Positions 26,401 to 32,000 of a stretch of DNA of 32,000 nucleotides are shown in pieces. The stretch is from Desulfobulbus propionicus DSM 2032. Its GTDB lineage: Bacteria > Desulfobacterota > Desulfobulbia > Desulfobulbales > Desulfobulbaceae. The stretch is from positions 2,340,001 through 2,372,000 of the forward strand of contig NC_014972.1 in NCBI RefSeq assembly GCF_000186885.1, given 5' to 3'. The position numbers and the translations under genes are program-made. The first letter of the stretch is position 1; every line of letters begins with the position of its first letter. The notes below the pieces were generated by a model, which saw nothing but the letters and a program-made list of their open reading frames with translations, searched no databases and was not told where the DNA came from.

Positions 26401-29400
26401 TTTGGCACTGTCCTTAAGTACGGCATAGGTGTTGTAAGCGCTGTTGCCATCGATATTAACGATGCTGTAAAAATCCTCGTTATAATAGCCATCGGTCATG
26501 GCAACCACATAGGCTCGCTGGCATTCACCGCCGGAATCGTCGCAAGTATCGAGATCGTCGTTCTTGTCGGCATCCCAAAAGACCGAGGTGTCTGCCGAGG
26601 TGCAGGTACTGCCCTGGTTGGTGCCTAGACCGGAGGTGGTCAGCAAGCCGGAATAATCGCCGGATGTTCCCTTTTCGAAATACTTGCCCACCTCGTATAA
26701 GCCGCGGCGCAAGGGAGTGCTTCCCGAGGCCCTGATGTTATAGATGGTTGACAGAAAAGCAACTTTCTCCGCGCTGTCGGCGGTGGTCATCTCCACCAGC
26801 GGTTCGGACACGCTCCGATTGATGGTGTGCAAACCTAATTCAACGCCCTTCATGCCCTCGACCGTCAGGCCTATGGCCGCTTTGGTGGTCAGCATGCGTT
26901 TGCGGTAAAAGGAGAACCAGTCGGCAAAATCCTGGCGCACCATGTAGGCCAGCTGGCTGGCGTTGGTGATCTGATTGCCGGCCGCGTCATACCGTTTGGG
27001 TATGACCGAGGTTGGAACCTCGGCACCCGTTTTTTCAGTCAACTCGCCGTTATCGACCACATTATCCGAGTCGGCGTCGGTGAACAGATAGTAGTGCAGG
27101 GAATAGTCCCCCACGCCGTAACCGGAGCCGGGAATGGTCACGAGATAAACATCTTCTCCCGCTTCCTGTTCGCCATCGCCGTCGGTGTCGTTCCATGTGT
27201 AATAGTGAGCGTTGGGCACGACAATGGTGGCGCTGGAGGTCTGCGCCTTGAAGGCAATCTTCGAACTGTTGAGTCGCAGCCAACGCGCCCCGTAGCGTGG
27301 AGTTTTCCCCCATCCGTTATCATAGCTCTGATCAATAGTATAAGTCGAGGAGACCAGCTGATTGCTCGTGTTGTAATACGAAATGGTATACGTGGCCTTG
27401 CCGTCCCTGGCCGAATCTTCGTTGACCCAGACATACACATAATAATTGCCGGCCTGGGCGGCGGTGAGATTCAATCCCCAATAGGCGGAACGGCCGGCAA
27501 CCTCGGTGAACCGTCCATTGCCATTCCAGGCGTATTGCGGGTCATTGGTGGTATCATACCAATTGCCCAGTTCGGAGTAGACTGTGCTGTCAGAATTGTC
27601 GAAAATGATCTCCGGCTTGTAGGGGATGCTCGTGGTCGAAAAACTGCTGACCGGATAGCCCTTGCTGACGCTTGACTGAATATCGTACCGGGTAGACAGA
27701 CCAACGGCATCGGCATAGGTGGAAGTGCCGGTGCTGCTGGTTGTCCTGGTCACCGTTACCTGTTGCCCGGCACTGACCGTGAAATATTCGGCATTGAGCT
27801 CAATCTGGTAGTTGCTCCGATTCGATGCCGAATCGCCGGGGTGATACATGGAACCGTAGGTGGTGCTGGCATCATGGGAGTTCATACGCGGAAAATCCAT
27901 GTCCGCGTGGGTGTAGCCGGTGGCGTAGGCCGTTTCCGGAAAAGTGGCCCCGGTGGCGGTCGGATTGTATTCGCGTTCGTGGGCCCGAACATTGGCACTG
28001 CCAACCACCTCTTCCCACTTCGGCCACGGGGTGTAGGTCACGCTGGGGTTGAAATAAATCCGGTTATAGCCAAACCATTGACTCTTCCACAGCCGCCGTT
28101 CAGCCAGGCTCAGGGCGGGATAATCGCTATCACTGTAGGTTTTTTGGATCACGTTGCAAGGAAAGACATAGCCATCGCCGTTGAACCGCTGATTATCCTC
28201 GCTGGTCATAAATTCCCAGTCCATACTGCCCGAGTCGTCGAGCAGGAACATGATCAACGGCGGCGCGGGCTTGACCGCAGCATTGGCCGGTACATCCGAG
28301 GCGGTCACGCACGTCACCTCCGAACCCTTGTCCTTGGGGCCGTCATAGCAGTCTTCGTCGGCAGCCGTCGCCGGATCGTCGTATAAACCAGGGGCGACAC
28401 TGGTCGAGGTATCGTCGCAATCGCCCTGATTCTCGGTGTAGCCGTCGCCGTCGTCATCTTTATCGTTGCCGCTGCAGGCCAGATCGGAACCGTTGCAATC
28501 CTGATCGATGCCGTCACCGCAGACCTCGGCGGCCCCGGGATAGATCGACATATTGGTGTCGTCGCAATCGGCCTCGGTACTGGCGGAACAGGTTCCTCCC
28601 TGGGAACTGACGGTATAACTGTCACCATCGGCATCCTGGCAGGGCTCGACAAAGACAGCCTCGACATTGCGATCCTTGTCCATGATCACGGTAATCGAGG
28701 GATCGGTGGCGGTGGCCGAACCGATATCGCCCTTCCACAACGAGAAATACCACCCGGCCTTGCCGGCGGCACTGAGGGTGACGGTTGTGTTTTGCGGATA
28801 GATGTATTGGTTTTGCCCTACCCAGGTGTCTCCTTCAGGCGAACGACTGATTGTGCCGTTGGTGGCGGTAAGGCTCAGGACGTGGGAGTCGGCATCGTAC
28901 AAGCCGGTGACCTGCTGATCGATGAAGTTGTTTTGCAGATCGATGAGAATGTCGGCGGGTTTCTGCCAACCATCAATGGCCAGAAATTCGACCAGAATGT
29001 AACGGACATCGCAGGACCCGGTATCGCCCGGAGCCGAAAAGGAACCTCCATGCACACCGGCCTTGAAGGGCGTGGCGTCGATTTTATTGGACGAGGCGTC
29101 CGCCTTGTAGGCCCTCCAGCCGTTGCTGTGACTTTGCACATAAAGATCCTCGTCTGTGCCGGTGGCGCCGTCATCGGCACCCAACAAGACCGTTACCGTG
29201 GCGTTGCCGAATCGTGCGAGAATGCTGTGGGTTGAGTCGGTGACGTTGCTGAAGGTATGGGTGTTGCCGGTGTAATTGTCGGTATCCGAGGCATAGCCTC
29301 CCAGAGCATTGCCGTCCACCTCAAGTTCCGTGACGCACGATCCACCATCAGCGGTCAGGGTGAAACTTTCGTTGCCGCCGTGGTCGGCGATGACTCCTTC

Positions 29401-31611
29401 CGGCCCGCTGTCGTGAACGGTTTGGCCGGTGCCGCTGGTATGGGCCACCGTGCCGCCGCCTTCGGACTTCATGCTGATCTGATGATCGAACACCACGTTC
29501 AAGGTGTGGGTGTTGATCTGCTGGGGGGTGGTGTCGGTGAACGTGTAGGTGCGCTCCTTGGGGTCGGCGGCATTGGCGATGGTGACATAGGAGAGCGAGG
29601 CAGGATCAACCCCGTTAATGGTCACCGATTGAATCCGGTGGTCGGCCTTGACGGTGAACACTGCCGCCTGCTTGTCGGCAATCGGTACCGGGCTGCCGCT
29701 AGTGATGGCCACCGGGGTGCCCGCCGGGCTTTCCAGGGTCACAATGCCGTCGGTATTCCAACTGGGGATGATACGATGATCATTGTCGGTGATCGTCCCG
29801 GTTGCAAAGACAAAATTGCATACCGTCACCGGCAAAGTGCCGCCGCTTATGGGTCCGGCATAAAAATATTCGGCAGACTCGTCCTCGGTGTCCGGATTGA
29901 CGGGGACATTGGCGGGACCAAGGGTTGTATCGCCTGTTGCCAGGGTAAACTGGTCGGTTGTATAGGCAAAATCATTGCCCGAAACGGCAGAACCGCCGTA
30001 TGTGCGCCATTTGAAAGTTAAACCATTATGTTGCGCCTGCACCGCAGGAGTGACGGTGACCGTGAACGGCATGTTTGCCGGAGTCCCCGAGGGCTCCTCC
30101 AGGGTCGCATTGATGAATTTAATCGTGTATTTTTCATCGACATTAATGGTGACCGTGGCGCTGGTGTAACCGGCGGTGGTCACGTTGGCGGAATTGGCGC
30201 CGATGCCGACGCTGAACTGCTCCGCCGTCTCCACCAGGTTGTCATTGATGATCGGCACGCTGATCGTGCCGCTGGTCACCGAGCCGTCACCGTTGATCGT
30301 CAGGGTGGAGGCGGGCGCGGTGTAATCCGCCCCCTCGGCCGCCGTTCCCGGGGTATGCGATACATTGAACACCACCGTGTCGCCCGTCCGCACCGGCTGA
30401 TTCAATTTCACCGTCAACGTCACGTTGCCAACGCTCTCGGCGACAGTGGCGTTTGCAAATCCGACCACCGCGTAGGTGTCGCCATCGTCATTGATGGTCA
30501 CCGTGGCGCTCTCATGGCCCGTGGTAATCACATTGGTCGAAGACGCACTGATGCCAACCGTGAACTGTTCCGTTTCCTCCACCAGGATGTCATTGGTGAT
30601 CGGCACGCTGATCGTGCCGCTGTCCGCGCCGGCAGCAATCGTCAGGGTGGAAGCGGGCGCGGTGTAATCCGATCCCGCGGTCGCCGTGCCCGATGCGTGC
30701 GAAACATTGAGCACCACGCTGTCTCCCGTGACCACCGCCTGGTTCAGCTGCACCGTCAAGGTCGCTGTGCCCGCGCCCTCGTCGACCGTTATCCCCGAAA
30801 AGCCGCTCACCGCATAGGTATCGCCGGCATCGTTGATGGTCACCGTGGCACTGCTGTTGCCCCCTGTCGTCACATTGGCCGAATTGGCGCCGATGCCGAC
30901 ACTGAATTGCTCCGCCGTCTCCACCAGGCTGTCATTGATGATCGGCACACTGATCGTGCCGCTGGTCACCGAGTCGTCGCCGGTGATCGTCAAGGTGGAG
31001 GCGGGCGCGGTGTAATCCGAACCTGCCGCCGCCGTGCCCGCTGTGTGCGAAACATCCAGTACCACCGTGTCGCCGGTACGCACCGGTTGATTGAGTTGAA
31101 CGATCAGGTTCGCGTTGCCGCCATCCTCGCTGACGGTGACCCCGGAAAATCCGCTCACCGCATAGGTATCGCCATCGTCGGCAATCGTGATGGTGGCGCT
31201 TTGATTGAGACCCGCCGCGTTGCTTGCCGGGTCCCCCGCGAGCGAGACGACAATATTCTCCGTTGATTCGACCAGATGGTCATCGGCAAGGGCCACAGTG
31301 ATCGTGCCGTTGTCCTCTCCAGGATTGATGGTCAGGGATGCCGCCGGAGGCGTGTAATCGCTGCCGGCAGTAGCCGTTCCTGCCGTCGTCACGGCAAACT
31401 GTACCGTGTCACCAACCGCGACAGGCTTATCCAACTGCACCGTCAACGTCACGGTTCCCGTGTGCTCCGTGACCGCAGCCCCGGAAAATGCGGCGATACT
31501 GTAGGTATCCGCCACAGCCCGGCCATGGACGGCCATCATGATCAACGCCGCCAACACACCGGCCCACCACCGCATCTTCATCTTTCCCATCCTGTTCACC
31601 AATGATTTCAT
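23467..31611 (-). CDS. pilY1: Giant PilY1-family type IV pilus-associated adhesin (signal peptide, Calx-beta array, InlB-B-repeat-like modules, MopE-type motifs, split vWA, Cys-rich inserts, PilY1 C-terminal propeller)
   Basis: Uninterrupted ORF. The track start at 31650 is a TTG; the ATG at 31611 (MKSLVNRMGKMKMRWWAGVLAALIMMAVHGRAVA/DTYS) has RBS GGAGGGAG, giving about 2,714 aa. Motifs: Calx-beta GTA(T/A)AGSDYT...ND.LVE..E.F, MIDAS DDSGSMD, AMTDGYYNED, GGNDGMLHIFDGTTGDEVFAYIP, VYAGDLLGNLWKFDI, DLNKDDEIDADD. The operon context includes prepilin genes. Confidence 0.8.
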   Translation of the reverse strand: MKSLVNRMGKMKMRWWAGVLAALIMMAVHGRAVADTYSIAAFSGAAVTEHTGTVTLTVQLDKPVAVGDTVQFAVTTAGTATAGSDYTPPAASLTINPGEDNGTITVALADDHLVESTENIVVSLAGDPASNAAGLNQSATITIADDGDTYAVSGFSGVTVSEDGGNANLIVQLNQPVRTGDTVVLDVSHTAGTAAAGSDYTAPASTLTITGDDSVTSGTISVPIINDSLVETAEQFSVGIGANSANVTTGGNSSATVTINDAGDTYAVSGFSGITVDEGAGTATLTVQLNQAVVTGDSVVLNVSHASGTATAGSDYTAPASTLTIAAGADSGTISVPITNDILVEETEQFTVGISASSTNVITTGHESATVTINDDGDTYAVVGFANATVAESVGNVTLTVKLNQPVRTGDTVVFNVSHTPGTAAEGADYTAPASTLTINGDGSVTSGTISVPIINDNLVETAEQFSVGIGANSANVTTAGYTSATVTINVDEKYTIKFINATLEEPSGTPANMPFTVTVTPAVQAQHNGLTFKWRTYGGSAVSGNDFAYTTDQFTLATGDTTLGPANVPVNPDTEDESAEYFYAGPISGGTLPVTVCNFVFATGTITDNDHRIIPSWNTDGIVTLESPAGTPVAITSGSPVPIADKQAAVFTVKADHRIQSVTINGVDPASLSYVTIANAADPKERTYTFTDTTPQQINTHTLNVVFDHQISMKSEGGGTVAHTSGTGQTVHDSGPEGVIADHGGNESFTLTADGGSCVTELEVDGNALGGYASDTDNYTGNTHTFSNVTDSTHSILARFGNATVTVLLGADDGATGTDEDLYVQSHSNGWRAYKADASSNKIDATPFKAGVHGGSFSAPGDTGSCDVRYILVEFLAIDGWQKPADILIDLQNNFIDQQVTGLYDADSHVLSLTATNGTISRSPEGDTWVGQNQYIYPQNTTVTLSAAGKAGWYFSLWKGDIGSATATDPSITVIMDKDRNVEAVFVEPCQDADGDSYTVSSQGGTCSASTEADCDDTNMSIYPGAAEVCGDGIDQDCNGSDLACSGNDKDDDGDGYTENQGDCDDTSTSVAPGLYDDPATAADEDCYDGPKDKGSEVTCVTASDVPANAAVKPAPPLIMFLLDDSGSMDWEFMTSEDNQRFNGDGYVFPCNVIQKTYSDSDYPALSLAERRLWKSQWFGYNRIYFNPSVTYTPWPKWEEVVGSANVRAHEREYNPTATGATFPETAYATGYTHADMDFPRMNSHDASTTYGSMYHPGDSASNRSNYQIELNAEYFTVSAGQQVTVTRTTSSTGTSTYADAVGLSTRYDIQSSVSKGYPVSSFSTTSIPYKPEIIFDNSDSTVYSELGNWYDTTNDPQYAWNGNGRFTEVAGRSAYWGLNLTAAQAGNYYVYVWVNEDSARDGKATYTISYYNTSNQLVSSTYTIDQSYDNGWGKTPRYGARWLRLNSSKIAFKAQTSSATIVVPNAHYYTWNDTDGDGEQEAGEDVYLVTIPGSGYGVGDYSLHYYLFTDADSDNVVDNGELTEKTGAEVPTSVIPKRYDAAGNQITNASQLAYMVRQDFADWFSFYRKRMLTTKAAIGLTVEGMKGVELGLHTINRSVSEPLVEMTTADSAEKVAFLSTIYNIRASGSTPLRRGLYEVGKYFEKGTSGDYSGLLTTSGLGTNQGSTCTSADTSVFWDADKNDDLDTCDDSGGECQRAYVVAMTDGYYNEDFYSIVNIDGNSAYNTYAVLKDSAKYTLADVAMYFYATDLDGGLGDNVPSKGYDENAKQHLVTYTVAFGVAGEYEPDLFPDCLPKCDEPGGADCPLISDLTSLAYSGYSSTGGPYDGKCPAWWTEDPNYSNESPKRIDDLYHAAVNSRGAFLNAADPAELVAAMQTIRDLIEEQTGTASSVSINANKIEEDTLLFQTTYDSSDWNGDVLAKCLDSSGKVAACSKVSCQASCSADYTSCVAACNGDAICEASCTATKTTCTSSCSGESCSESYDACLVNCTTSSCQTACGSARSSCLLNPPEVKWSAAKQIAGVAAADRQIITADIGGNGLPFRWNSLNATMQAQLQQDEYIFNYLRGDSTYERRNDTGGVRNFRNRSSKLGDFINSEPYHYSNTTLGIDWVIVGGNDGMLHIFDGTTGDEVFAYIPQAIFGNLHLLSQEAYTHTAFVDGYVTVKDLGGKVVLVGGLGKGGKGFFALDLTSAAQHKTDIENYASEIVLWEYTTTSTAGYVAAAEVKDNLGYSFSRPQIASTNDSGTDWVLVFGNGYESANGHAVLFTVGLSDFGQIQWTKIIDTGVGNNTSGTECNGLSTPALIFPQGDTINDFVYAGDLLGNLWKFDINAVTKDDWEIYFENSAAVKQPMFQARSEAGYRQPITVQPVITSACPTDEKGYMIIFGTGRILDPGTDFLDQSVQTMYGLWDWSNSWKAAGNTTPEQTYLGTFQAKNTTVATACTSACTATLGTATTSGTCLYDCSGDSDCEADCMSEYASCTTNCGAVRSLSNAATVVGTASAPYVTLLRQTQIWAGGVNYNSDGTKQETVYGATDSDLYDEIIRVVSDNYIDWYLPSEQAEFAASSKKTARHVGWYFDLPANGERIVRDMTIINGKLIFTSTIPSDSPCESGGSSYNWAVDACTGGLLGSAFFDLNKDDEIDADDYINIGTPAKPIYVAPSAFKVEGITPAVTVVDTTGEYQRLYTPEKDELLTPIANVEGTPIIYWRELEWK
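30133..31509 (-). repeat. Four tandem coding repeats of about 113-116 codons (Calx-beta modules); a fifth degenerate copy extends to about 29779
   Basis: Repeat starts: DTYSIAAFSG, DTYAVSGFSG, DTYAVSGFSG, DTYAVVGFAN. Repeats 2 and 4 are near-identical at the DNA level: 30181-30330 versus 30871-31020 gives 139/150 identical by hand count, at an offset of 690 bp. Confidence 0.9.
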
Positions 31612-31646
31612 CGGAAACGCTCCCTCCAGCGGAATCCACAATGCCG

Positions 31647-32000
31647 TCAAGGCAGATAGACTGTTTTTTTATAGCCGACCATCAGCAGCCGCCGGCCCGC
31701 ATACGCCTTACCCGTGCCGGACTTGACATCGTACATGCCGTAGACGGTGTAACATTTTTCCACCTTCTCGGAATTCGACACATCGGAACCGGCGCAGATA
31801 TCGTAACTGTTGTTATCCGAATTGAGATTGCCCTGAACGGCGGCATACCAGATACGGTCCTTGTCCTTGGTGCCGTCCGAATCATACCCATTGGGGACAA
31901 TATCCCGATCTCCAACGGTAAAGGAGGTGGCCTGTGGGGTGATCAGCGGATCGGGCCAGTTGGCGCTTATCTCCAGATCGATCACGCTGCCGCCGTCCGG
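31647..32000 (-). CDS. 3' part of a CDS running in from beyond the window end; hypothetical, at the PilX/PilW position upstream of pilY1
   Basis: The frame stays open to base 32000; the track's start at 31985 is an internal GTG. The TGA stop is at 31647-31649, 36 nt upstream of the preferred pilY1 ATG (it would overlap only the alternative TTG start at 31650). I recognise no motif in the visible 117 aa. Confidence 0.5.
   Translation of the reverse strand, partial: PDGGSVIDLEISANWPDPLITPQATSFTVGDRDIVPNGYDSDGTKDKDRIWYAAVQGNLNSDNNSYDICAGSDVSNSEKVEKCYTVYGMYDVKSGTGKAYAGRRLLMVGYKKTVYLP

Noticed and set aside
30028-31266. 412-aa plus-strand ORF, Arg/His/Gly-rich with an internal repeat (…DRQGGGGRGVIR…)
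   Set aside because: It lies entirely antisense to the Calx-beta repeat array, and its periodicity simply mirrors the sense-strand repeats. It has no RBS and an implausible composition. The sense ORF carries clear domain motifs.
30133-31509. Regularly spaced DNA repeats that could suggest a CRISPR array or satellite
   Set aside because: The period is about 340 bp. The repeats are in-frame codons of one long ORF and encode Calx-beta modules. No short direct repeats with unique spacers are present.
23467-31611. Possibility that the Cys-rich giant protein is a multihaem cytochrome
   Set aside because: I scanned every Cys context in the translation and found no CxxCH (or CxxxCH) haem-binding motif.

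Overview
This is a 32-kb chromosomal window. By eye it is mid-to-high GC with a few AT-rich intergenic islands. Gene content and protein sequences resemble a Desulfuromonadales/Geobacter-type anaerobe, but that is inference only. All domain calls come from motif recognition by eye; no searches were run.

Layout:
1. 346-13786, minus strand: a complete, tightly coupled 13-gene NADH:quinone oxidoreductase operon, nuoA-B-CD-E-F-G-H-I-J-K-L-M-N. It has a fused nuoCD, a short 520-aa NuoG and a long 428-aa NuoH. A candidate sigma70 promoter lies upstream and a perfect-palindrome terminator lies downstream.
2. 13787-14554: 768 bp with no credible ORF.
3. ssb (minus strand).
4. glnK-amtB (minus strand), behind a candidate sigma54 promoter and a roughly 300-nt leader.
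5. A very AT-rich divergent control region.
6. 17557-22343, plus strand: hoxEFUYH, a group-3d-type NAD-linked bidirectional [NiFe] hydrogenase. No hoxW or hyp genes are in the window.
7. 22490-32000, minus strand, convergent with hox: the distal part of a type IV pilus minor-pilin operon. It comprises a partial upstream ORF, a roughly 2,714-aa PilY1-family protein, a 143-aa secreted unknown, and a GspH/FimT-type prepilin.

The giant PilY1-like protein is the stand-out. In order it contains:
- a signal peptide
- 4 good Calx-beta repeats plus 1 degenerate one, with near-identical DNA between alternate repeats
- InlB-B-repeat-like modules
- two MopE-type Cys/Asp motifs
- a vWA domain whose MIDAS motifs are separated by about 500 aa
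- a PilY1 beta-propeller interrupted by two Cys-rich modules with recurrent Cx3C spacing
- an acidic calcium-type loop

No rRNA, tRNA, CRISPR, transposase or integrase was seen.
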